Made by a program: the position numbers and the translations under genes. Positions 41,620 to 53,500 of a stretch of DNA of 64,000 nt are shown here, one piece after another. The notes beneath the pieces are model-generated. The model had not been told where the DNA came from, searched no databases, and was given only the letters and a program-made list of their open reading frames with translations. The DNA is from Paraspadella gotoi (Eukaryota > Animalia > Chaetognatha), in contig CM119268.1 in NCBI GenBank assembly GCA_051294375.1, forward strand, positions 18,492,005 to 18,556,004. The letters run 5' to 3'. The stretch's first letter is position 1. Each line of letters begins with the position of its first letter.

Positions 41620-42199
41620 CTTTATGTACTATAAAATCGTTGTTGCAAATAAACTCAAACTTATTTCTACTAATCCAACACACGAAAAAGAAAGGAAATT
41701 CGCTAAATAAATATTAAAAAATTATATATATGGAGTATGGAGTAATATAAAAAAAAATTGTCTATTCAAATTTTTTTAAAAATGTCTAAATTTTCGTTTG
41801 AGCAGGTGCTTAATTCAATTTCTTAACCACCTTACAGAGTTAGTCTCTCCCTAGCTTAAGTGTTTAGGATTAAATAATGAAATTATGGATTACAGTTAGT
41901 GATTAGGGATTGGAATTAGGGATTAGGCTAGAAACTATGTTCGTCTTATGGATTAAAGTTATAAATTTGAATAAGCTTTTAAAAAAAAATTAGGTTTAAA
42001 GATTACATTTAAAAACATGCTCAAGGATTGGAAACAGAAATGCGACGCTTTCAAAAAATAGTGCCAACCCAATCTCCTCCTCTCCTCTCATACAAATTCC
42101 CATTTTCTTCCTCCGCCCACAAATTTCCTCCTATCTGCCTTCCAGAAAAGGCTTCACAGTTTCTTGCCTCGGCCATTTCTACGATGTTCCGGGGTCAAG

Positions 42200-42264
<65 letters not shown>

Positions 42265-42423
42265 GATTTTCTCTTCGTCGTTGAAGTGACCTTTTCGTTT
42301 CGCTTTACGAGGTTTCCCCTGTGCGCGATACGAAGAATGACTGGTAGAGGGCAGATCTATTTTTGACGTAAGTTCGCAAAGAATACACAAAATATAACTG
42401 CAACATTTACTTAAGGTGATTAG

Positions 42424-43005
42424 AAAGGCGTAGTAAAATTTCTAAATTTAACTTTAATTAAAATTCTAAAAGTAAGGAACGAACAACATTATACTAATGA
42501 ACATAAAAAAAAAAATAGTAGGCCATATTTATACTAGTACAAATCTAATAAATATTAAAATTTCAAAACAGTCTTTTCTAAGATTTTTTTGCAGATTTGG
42601 ATTCATCATAAAAAGTTGATAAAAAGAAATATAACTCTTTTTGAAAAATTCCTTCATTAAGTGGGTCAAAAATTAGAAAAAGCTATATTTTAAGCTGAAA
42701 ATTAACTTTTTATATATTAAGTATTTTTTTTTTAAATTTTTAACCCACTTAATGAAAGAATTTTTAAAAATGATTTATATTTTCTTTTATCAACTTTTGA
42801 CGAGGAATTCAAATCTGCAATCAAAGCTTATTTTGAAAATTTTCGATTTTATAAGGATAGTAAATATAGCTAATATAGCTAATATAGCTTACTGCGAAAA
42901 TTAAAAAACATAAAATTATTTTTTTTTACAAATTAATGTTTACTGATGGTATGTTGTTCATAAATGACTTTTAGAATTTCCGTACATAACTTTCACTACG
43001 CTCTA
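42424..43005 (+). mobile_element. hAT-like MITE family B, copy 2 (complete)
   Basis: TIRs AAAGGCGTAGTAAAA / TTTCACTACGCTCTA, an 8-bp TSD GTGATTAG at 42416-42423 and 43006-43013, and a palindromic interior. Confidence 0.88.
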
Positions 43006-43632
43006 GTGATTAGCTACAGTACCGGAAACCAAGAATGTCGTAAGTCTGTACATGGAAAAACTTTTCCATTTATAGGATAAATAGCTTTAGGATTTTATAC
43101 GTTTTTTTATTTCAATTTATTTTGTTTTCTCATTAAATTTTGACTTGCGTCTGTTTCTTTTAGATTCTGTTTGTCCATCTGTCTGCCTTTCTTATGAATG
43201 ACGTTTTGTTCGTTATCTGTTTGTCGCTCCCTTGTTCTCTCTGTCTGTCTAAGGAAAAGTGATACCTCGCCCTGTATTTTTCCAAGCTCGCTCTGTTTTA
43301 GGTCAACATCGTTTCACCGACCTCGTTTAGTATTTGACCAGTCTTTTATAAGTCTGGTCATTTGTCTTCTCGTAATTTTGCCGAGCCTTATGTCATAAGG
43401 TTATGATAAGTTATGATCAACTTCATTTCGTTTTGAAACCTATAATGTGTTGCCCGTTCTCAACCTGAGTTTTACGGGTTTTTCTGGATAATTGACATTA
43501 AATAAAACTTTTAAATCTTCATGAAATTCCTTTAGATTCATCTAAATATTCAGACAAAACCTATGTTAAGTTTGCAACACACGGACGACGCTTACAAACG
43601 CGTGAAGAGGAAAATATCTTCACACTGTCCGT

Positions 43633-43678
<46 letters not shown>

Positions 43679-45250
43679 CTCTTCTCTCTCCCTCTCTCTC
43701 GCACCCTTTATCCTCCCGAGATATTCACTCAAACACACACAAACACTCAATTTTTCGGCGAGGAATCAATTATCCGGCCACCGACCCAAAATGGCGGCGG
43801 AAATGGCGAAGGAAACGAGGAACATCTGCGTCGTTCGCCGAAGGGGAAACCTGGCCTAATTAAGTAAATCGAAAAGACCCGCTTTCTCGCTCTTTTTTTC
43901 CCCTTTTACTTTCTTCTTTTTCTTTTTTTTAAGTTTTTCTTTTTCTTTATTTTCTTTGAACTTTTTTTCGAGAGTTCTTTTTAGAGGCCCCATTTCTGTT
44001 TCTTGTACTCTCTTCTTTCTCTCTCTCTCTCTCTCTTTCTCTCTCTCCGACTCACCTTTTCTTCTCTTCTTTTTTATCCTCTTCTCTCTCGTCTTCTCTC
44101 TCATCTCCTCTCTTCTGTATTTCATACGTCATCTACGTTCTCCAGATCATGCGGTCATCTCACTTCTCGATTTACGATCTCTCTCTCGTCATCATCTCCC
44201 GCGTTTTCTCTTACTTGTCGAGGCGTCTCGGACATTTGTTTTTCTTCTTTTCTCTTCATTCTCTCCCATCTCTCCTCCTTCTCTCCTCACGGCGGCAAAT
44301 CGGAGTTTTTAGCCCCGCATGGCGCCAGCTGGTCTTCCGCTTTAGGGGGCAGTTGATGGAAACCCCGTCCATTTTTAAAGCGAAATAAAAAAGGATAAAG
44401 AGGAGAATAAAAAGGGTCTCCTGATTTAGAGGATGGCGGGGGTGCATTTCACCTGGTATGGCAAAAATATATTCCAAAATATATCAATTGAAAAAAAATT
44501 AACTAAAAGGTGACGATGTCGTTTGAAAAGATACTTTTAAAAAATTGTCACGATTTAATTTACCATGTAATAATATATATTTCATTTTATTTACGGCCTT
44601 TCTCCGCAAATCTTATCCCACACATTCTCCACTCCACTTCTGCTTAGTCAACGTTATCTTTTCTCCCGCTCCCTCACACTTTCATCGCACAGCTTCGTTC
44701 CCTCTCCCCTATTTCGCCGCCTAATGTAGCGGAAAGGAAATCGGTTTCTCCCGAGTCTATCAAATCACGTGACCGCCAACATTATCGTATCCTAGCAACG
44801 CGCGATGCGGTCCGCCGCACGCTGAGAGTTCGCCGTTGCCGCGGGCGATCGATTTTTATCACGGTCGTTGTTGTTGTTGTTGTCGTTGTTGTAGTTCCTT
44901 TCTAAATTTTTTTTTGAAATCGACTGCGTAATAAATTTTCTTAAAAAATTGTATTAGGGCATTAAACATATGAAACAAATAAAGCTCATGCGATTTTCAT
45001 TGCGAATTTTTGCAAATATTTTCTTTAAAAAAAGAATCAAACAAGTACAGATTAAACTCCAGTGCAAAGAATTCCAAAACATTAAACATCAATAATTAAT
45101 TTATTCTAAAAAAGGACAATTACCATAAAGTGGAAAATAAAAAGCCTATTTTAAATTTTGCATGCACAGTTACGTGTCTAATATGATTCGGCAGATTTTT
45201 CTCAAATTTCCTTCCTAAGAGAATCTTTCATTATCATCATTATTTCATTT

Positions 45251-47554
45251 TCACTGACTATTTTTGCAAGGACCCCAATGACTCACCGTCACCCCATTAC
45301 CACAATTTTGACCCTTGAGGCTGCATTCGTTTCCATAGGTTTTTCCATTGGTTCCACAAACGGGGGCGTACTCCAAGGTACAGATCTGAGGACAATCTTC
45401 GCATCTTCCCCTGTGCCTGACGGTCACCTCTTTTCCGCAGTTCTGACCCCTCAGATTGCATTCGTTCCCGTAGGTCTGCCCATCTGTCCCGCAGACCGGA
45501 TTGTACTCGAGAGTACAGAATCTAGGGCAATCATCTTCTTGCCTCTTATTTCGGCATGGACCATCATGATCAAAGGTCACGTTGATCGCGCACCCCAAGA
45601 TGCAAAGGTTCGTATAGGTGTTCCCATCTGAGCCACAAACCGGGAAATAAATGCCATCACAATAACAATCCTCTTCCCGTTTGGTCTCTTCCTCACATTG
45701 GCCGTCTTGAACATAAGAGACTCCGGGCTCACACTCCATGAGGCATCGATTGGAGTAAGTCTTTCCGTCAGAACCGCAGACTGGCCAAAGGATGTACGGG
45801 CAAACGCAGCGTTGGTCATCCGTCACCTCCCGATCGCTGCATTCTCCGTCGGAGACTTTCGTGACGCCGTTCTCGCAATTCATGAGGCACTCGTTGGCGT
45901 AGGTGGTTCCATCAGATCCACAAACGGGTAAATAAATGTAAGTGCAGCTGCAATCGGATGCTTCTTGTCGCTTCTTGACCATGGTGGCGCGGGCTTGGCT
46001 ACAACTATGGAGGTGTGCCAAGGAAAGGCTGGAGTTGATGCACTGGGCGATCTCGAAGAGGCACAGGTTTCCATAGGTTCTCCCGTCGTCTCCACAGTGT
46101 GGCCTGTATTCTCGGGTGCAGGGTTTGCGGCAATCGGACGCTGCTTGTCGCGTCTCCAACTCGGTCGTTCGCCGCCGACCGCCGCAGGCGCCGCGATGCC
46201 GAACCCCGACCTTGAATCCTTTGCAGGCGGACGAGCGGAGGAAGCAAGGGTTGGTGTACGTGACGCCGTCCGTACCGCAGACCGGACGCCAGGCAAAGGG
46301 ACAGGCGTCGTTGCAGGTGGAATGAACCGCTGCGGCGGAGACGAGGGTGAGGAAGAGAGTGAGAAGGAGAGACTGTGAAAGTAAGAGTGGGGAAGAGAGG
46401 AATGAGTGAGAAGAATGTAAAAGGGAATTAGTAAAAAGGATGAAATAGCATAAATCAGTAGAGAACAATACAGAAAATGATAACCATGGTAATAATAAAA
46501 CTGATACCAATAATATTTACTCGACTGAAAATTATTTACTGAACAAATTGTAAATCACTAAAGTGATTTACTTACCTCCCGAAATTGTACAATTTTTTCT
46601 ATATATAGTATTTTTTTTTCTTTTTTTAATTTTTTGTCGGTTACTTAATTTTTTTTTTGTCCTATTACTTATCTTTCCTCGTATTAGGATTTGTCTCTTA
46701 CTTTCTCTACTATGAGCATTTTCCCTTTACTTTCTATAAAAAATTGCTCTTTTGTCTGCACCCACTAGATCTTCACTTGCATTGCTTTATACAAAATAGC
46801 AAATTTTTTCATATTTTAGTCTTAATAAACTAGATGACTGTACAAACAAAGGAGGATTTTTAAAAACAAAATAGCAATAAAAATTAGTTTAAGTACATCC
46901 ACCAGTGGTTTTAATGTTTTTTTTCTAAAACAAAAGAACAGTCCTATTAAAATTTTTTGTTGTTTTCACCATATTCTACAAAGAAGGAAGCTATTTGTAA
47001 GACAAAGGAACATTTATAATAAATTTTAGCTGCACCCACTAGATCTTCAATTGTAACTTCTCTTCAACAAAATAGCAATTATTTTTTATGAATTTTTATT
47101 ATTTTAAATATTTTAAAAATTATTTGTTTGATATTTTTTAATATTTTTCAACAAAATAGCAATTATTTTTGTGTATTTTTATTATCTTAAATCTCTTAAA
47201 TTTTTTTTTTGATATTGTTTAATAAATATTTTTTTATTATTATTTTTTATTCTATTTCTTATTGTATGTTTTGATAAAAGCATTTTAATCATATATCATA
47301 CTTCGCAACAAAAATAATATTGTTTTGATTTATAAAATATTTTTGCAAGTACCAAAATGATATTAGTGCCACAGAAATAGTTCAGTTTAAGCCCTTTAAA
47401 GTGATTTACATGTATTGGCGCAGCCACTGGTTGATATTTTGATCGGTTGTGAGTACCAATTTTAATTTTAATTTCAATTTACTAACAATTTTCCTCCTCT
47501 AAATTATATTTTATAAATAAATTATATACTTTTTGATGTTTAAATTACCTTCAT
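45251..47554 (-). CDS. Secreted multidomain Kazal-type serine protease inhibitor (7 Kazal domains, ~375 aa)
   Basis: Micro coding exon ATGAAG|gtaatt (47554-47549) spliced to tttcacag|46372-45251 gives MKSLLLTLFLTLVSAAAVHS (signal peptide), then seven C..C....P(V/H)CG(T/S/D)(D/N)G.TY.N.C...C...C units. Confidence 0.95.
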
Positions 47555-48498
47555 TCTGCGTTTTGAACAACTGCTTTTCCGGTAAATTGAAGACTTCCCC
47601 CAAAAACGCGAAAAACGAAAAGTCAGGGAAAAGTTCGGTTTTTAAATCATTTCGGTTTCTCTAATCAAATAACTGTATCACATCGTTAAACAACCGTGAG
47701 ATGTCATCAAACAACTGAGCAACTGATATGTCGGTGATAGCGATGCAGAGACGGATTCGCTTACGACAGGGGTTCACATACTCAAAGTTGTGTATGTTAA
47801 GTGAGCCATTGAATGTATACAATGAACGCCAATGTCAAGGCTAATATTTCAGTTTATATCTAGTAATTTGTCAACGCAAGTAAGAGACTTTAAATTTACT
47901 TAATTTACCTTTCTTTAAAGTTTTCCCCTTTTAACATTTATGAAATATTTCTCAAATATTTGCGTCCGGCATCAGATAATAAAAATAAAAAAAGTTGGAG
48001 ACTCGAAGTTTATCGAGTCTTTGTTTGACGAGCAAATAATGGTCGATGGTCAATCTTCGCTAATCGTCAATCGCTTGTCGCCTGACGACAGACATCGTTC
48101 GCCGGTCGCCTGACGTCAGTTGCCAGACTTCTGTTATTGGTCGCCCCTTGACTATCATCGTTCGGCGGTCATCAGTCGAATGTTGCTCTTCATAAATCGT
48201 GTGTTGCTTGTGATTTTTGTTTAATTTAGTGATTTTATAATTTTAATTTGTGACATCGTTTTTTTACTTCTACTATCCTGGCTTATCGGAAGTTGTCGTC
48301 CTCTCTTTCCTCATTGTCGTCGTCTTTATTTTGTCATCGTCGTCGTCGTCGTTGTCATCGTCCTCGTCATCGTCGCTAATGACGCAGGTGGTTCCGCCCC
48401 GCGACTTCCGGTGATGAATGACTCGGTAATGATTATTCTCTTCCTCTCGTGAGAGGAGGAATCGATCCGATAAAGTAGCGATACCAATGTTTGGGAGT

Positions 48499-48645
48499 GG
48501 CAAAGGATTGGGGTTGGGCGTAGCAAAGGATTGGGGTTGGGCGTGGCAAAGGCTTGGGGTTGGGCGTAGCAAATGATTGGGTTTGGGCGTGGCAAAGGAT
48601 TGGGGTTGGGCGTGGTAAAGGATTGGGGTTTGGCGTGGCAAAGAA
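48499..48645 (+). repeat. 23-bp G-rich minisatellite
   Basis: About six copies of GCAAAGGATTGGGGTTGGGCGT(A/G). Confidence 0.9.
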
Positions 48646-48980
48646 TAGAGGTCAGGAATCATGAGACAAAAGACTTTGGAAATTTCATTTCACGTGAAAA
48701 CAAATTGACCCGACGTTGGCAGTTCACTTGATAAACCTGTAAACAAATCAGGGCGAAACTGACTGATAAAAATATTGATAAACGAGCTTGACGAACCAAG
48801 TTGAAATGATTTTTAAAATGATTCGAAATTTTTTTTTAATTCCTTTAATTTTTTTCTCCTTTTATTTTCTCTTTTCCTGTCTTCCTTTCCTCCCTTCCTC
48901 CTTTCATTTCTTATTTGCGGAAATCCAATTTCCGGCGGTGGAGGTCGCTCTCCTTTCCATTATGGCAAAAGTGACGGGCA

Positions 48981-49051
<71 letters not shown>

Positions 49052-50261
49052 CGTGCCTTTATGCTTTCGACGCTAATATCCATTGATCAAAGATGAAAAT
49101 AGATCAACAATGACGTCGCTCGGGCGTGAGACGCCCGAAGCGGGGAAGACCCTATTTTGTCGTTTCGTTGTCGTTGCATTTGTTTTTTTGTCTATTCTTT
49201 TTTTCTTTTTTTTTCTTTTTTTTGGGGGGTTGGCATCTATTTTTATTTCCTTTTGGTCCCATTAAAATATAATATAATATAATATATATATATATAATTA
49301 ATATATATTAGAACTTTACATAAATGTAATGTTTTTTATATAGCTTAGTATATAGTATAGTATATTGTATACAGTGTTTTCAGTTTGTTCATTGGTATTT
49401 AAATCGCTTAAAATTTTCTTTTCAATTTTGAATATTTCATTTTAAATCAGCTTTTAGTTTTTATTGATTCCGTTACCAACGAGAAGGAAATTGTGAAAAA
49501 GGTGAAAAGATTCACAAATTGTCATAATCAATAATTTCGGCATTGCGCTGTATTTTGTCAAAGACAAACGTCACATTTTTCTCAAATTTTTCTTATCACA
49601 ACATGAAAAAATCCCAAAAGCGAAACTGACGATAAATAAAAGTACTCATTAAACTTAGAGTTCTGATTAATAATGAGTTAAATCAATAATGAGGCAAAGA
49701 AAGTAAATCATTAGGTAAACCTTTAAACTAAATCATCAAGGACTATCCTACCACGCTTCCCTTCCTCTTCCTCCTGCTCCTCTCTCCACCTCCCGAGCGT
49801 GAAATAGACCCAGTTTTATTTTGGGAATTTCCTCGTAAATTTTTCTCGTGAAATTCTCAAGAATTTTTCTCCTATTTTTTTTTCAGAAAGAGGATTCTTA
49901 TAATTTCTCCTTTTTCGATAGAAAGAGACTCCTTTCTCTCTCTTCTCTCTCTCGTCCTCTCTCCTCTCCTCTCTCTCTATCGTAAAAATTACGAAACCAT
50001 GACGTTTAACGCGATGAACAAAAATTCAAAGCAGCTTATATTAAATAATAATTAATTATTATATTTTATTAATTACGTAATGGTACGTAGGATAATTTCC
50101 AATGGGTTAGTAAATGACGTTCACGATTCCTTCTTTACTGGTTTGAGGCTTTCTTCACTTCGCCCCTTCACGATTTCCCTCTTGTTGCTCCTAGTCGGCG
50201 ACCTAGGACCCCCTCCCCCCCACTGACCCTCTTGGGACGTGACTTCAGGCGGTTAAAAAAG

Positions 50262-50314
<53 letters not shown>

Positions 50315-50599
50315 CGAGAGAGAGAGGAGAGAGAGAGGCGACGAGAGGAAGAGAGAAAAGCTGCAGCGTACTCTTCTCGTGTCATCGCGTCTCTCTCCTC
50401 TCTCGTCTAGCTACCTCTCCTCTGCTCCACCTCGTGCTATGATCTCAGTTCTCGGTTCTTTTTCACTTTTCTCTCATAGTTTTCTCACTTTTTTTTGCCG
50501 AGTTCTCCTCGGCTCTTTTCTCCATTTTTCTTTATTTATTTACACCGGGGAGCGCACGCGAGGCGGGCGGCAAAGAGAGGAGCATAAAGATTAGAGAAT

Positions 50600-53500
50600 A
50601 CTATCTTAGTCACTATAACGAATCAGATGTTATAAATCATATCTATGACCGCTAAATTTAGCGTTTTCATTTCAAGATCTTCTTTCGCAGATTTCAGACG
50701 AAATTCATGTACTCCCACATCTTTTTCAGCATACCAAAAGGATAGTAAGACAACTACTACTCCTTTTTTGAAAAATTCCTTCATTAAGTAGTGTCCAAAC
50801 TAATTAGAAAATAGCTATATTTAGCCTTTTAATACTTTTTATCTATGTGGGACTGTAAATATCTTTTTAACTCATTTACTTACGGATTACTCGATAATTT
50901 TTGTTTTGTCTCTATTTTTTAAATTATTTTATACTAAATCTTCACTCTACACGTAGAAATTGGAAGTGTTTTAAAATTAATGATCTCTATAGCTATTTCT
51001 CGTATGCGTTTTATTCTAACGAGTTTTGACCGATGCGTATATCCTCTGTCTGACTATCTCTGCAAATACAAAAATTATTAGATAGCAGAAACTTTGGTGT
51101 ACTGTCATGCAGCCACGTCAGCCCTAAGATTATCGATTGAAATGCATCATTGCTTGATTTTTAACAATAATCAGCGATAAGTTTATCCTTTTCATAATTT
51201 TAAGTTAAGACTCTTCAATAAACTAGGATACTAGAGTACAAACAGGAGGAGTTTCTTACTTAAAACAAAAGTTGAGCACAAATAGTTAAAATTAGATCTA
51301 AATTACAGAGTGAACAATAATCTTTTTCTATCTCTTAGTAGGCTAATTTAATGTTTAATTCTAAAACAAAAGAACAGTGCACACTAGCTATGGTAAAATA
51401 TTTTTGTGTTTTGTTCGTTAACCATAATGTCTCAATTTTCAGACACGAAGGACGTTTTAGCAATTATTGAGTATAGTACTAAATGAGTAGCTTATCACAT
51501 ATCTCTGATAATAATTCTTACAAGTATAAGAATTCCTGCGCACATCACCTATCATCTAACATCTTCACATATAGGATACTATGCAGTCATACAGCAATTA
51601 TTCTTTATGATCTCTCTTTATTTTATCTTTAACATATCATTTTATTATTATAATTGAGTATTTTATCGCATTAACTATATTTATCTGAGAATATATATAG
51701 CAATTATACTTATTGTGTGTATTGTAAGTATGCATACTTTATATCTACAAAGTTATAAAATCTCTTAAAATTTTTTTTGATATCGATGAGTCTTTAATAA
51801 ATTTTTATCTCTCATTATATTGATTTAATGATTTGTTATTCTATTTCTTAATTGTATGTTTTGATAAAGCATTTTAAATCTATTAATACTTCATTTATTC
51901 TGAGCAAAGAGTATAGCATAATCTCGTTTTTGTATATTTATATAATATTATTTGCAATAGTCAACTGAATAATAGTGATTTTATTGCAAAGGTCATCTCC
52001 GAGAAATCAGATTCAGCTGTTTTTTATACAGACATAAAAGTGATTTGACATATCATTTGTTGCTGAGCACACTATGTGAATGATACTCATTGATCGGTTG
52101 TGTAGTACCAGCAATTTTATTATTCGAGATTGTAAGCCTATATAATTTATCCTATCCATCTGACCATTATATTTCTTATAAATAGCAATCTCTACTATCT
52201 TATGATTTATAATACCATAATCAAGGCTCTGCGTTTCTGAGAACACACATGACCTTTCTGTGTATATATTTGTTAATCACACATTAGCGCTTTCACCTAC
52301 CAAAACTTGCGAATTATTATAACACAAGGAGTATGGACAATATAGTCTTTTTGGTGAAAGTATTTGTTAAACATCACTCTCTTTCTCGTGTTATACATAT
52401 AATAGCATATACATGTTCTACATTCTGCGAGAGAGTAAATCAACGCGTGAGATGCTACATAAACTAACTGAGCAACCTGACTAGTCGGTGATGAAGTGTA
52501 TTGCTATCGAGACGAGAATTCGACATGTACGACTATGAGGCGTTCTCTAATATCTTTCAATGTGTGAAGTACTGAACCATAAGCTTGTGTTTATGTTCAT
52601 TGAAGAATGCCATGTGAACTAGTATAATCAAAGACGGATATTCGCTGCAATGGCTTCTACAGCGCCTAATATTTCAAGTTATATGTAGTAAATGTCCAAA
52701 CGCAAGTAATGATTATTGATCTATTTAACTTAGTCTTCGACCATTTTCTTTAAAAGTTTTCAGCTCTTTTAATCATTTATCGACATAATTATTCTGAATA
52801 TGACGCGCGTAGCTAGTCAGATAAAGTTATAAACATTAATATATATATGTGGAGTGGACTCGATTTATCGAGGATCTTTGGTTTGACGAGCAGAATAATA
52901 GTATCTGATGGTCTCTCAATTCTACCGCTTTATTTCCGTTCAGCACAGGGCTATAGTTCGCGCCTGGACGGACACATCTCGTATCCGCATCTATCATTTT
53001 TCAGAATATGGCTGGACTTTTTTTCTCGTCTCATGAGACAGAGTTGAGCTCAGTCATCATTCTGTTATTAGGGTTTTCAAAGTCGACTGCATGGACTTAA
53101 ATGCATCGTACTCTCGTTTTTTAAAATACGGTCATGCTCACCAAGCGTCTGAATTGTTGCTTCTTCTTAAATTCGTGTGTGTGCAGTATTGTGCACTTTT
53201 GATCTTAATTTTTTTTGTGAATTTATATTAAATTTTAATTTATGTTGTATGATACGCATTGCTTTTTTTTTTTAATATACACTAATCCGTGCGCTTATTC
53301 GGAAATGTGTCGTCCTCATATCTTTCTTACATCTGGTTCGTCTGTCTTTATTTCGACTCATCGAGTATAGCGTTCGTTAGTGTGCATCGTCCCTCCAGAG
53401 TCATACCGTCGCTAATATGACGCAGGTGTGTTCTCGTCCTTCTTGCGAGACTTCACAGTGGTGGACAGATTGACTCGGTAATGCATTATTTTATTTTCAA

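Larger units (their letters stand above)
40370..41703 (+). mobile_element. 5'-truncated Penelope-like retroelement with inverted pseudo-LTRs and a 3' tail
   Basis: ~530-bp arms 40370-40900 and 41146-41674 are reverse complements around a ~245-bp unique core. Each arm has a hammerhead motif and AATAAA. A ~30-nt extension follows the right arm only. TAAATAAATATTA is directly repeated at 40361-40373 and 41704-41716. Confidence 0.75.

Noticed and set aside
46373-46510. N-terminal 46 aa of the 419-aa Kazal ORF
   Set aside because: It starts at a non-ATG codon within the intron's pyrimidine tract. The ATGAAG|gt micro-exon at 47549-47554 gives a canonical signal peptide.
48499-48645. CRISPR-like appearance of regular repeats (also 33170-33590, 39045-39300, 62263-62440)
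   Set aside because: Head-to-tail units lack unique spacers, no cas genes are present, and the context is eukaryotic.
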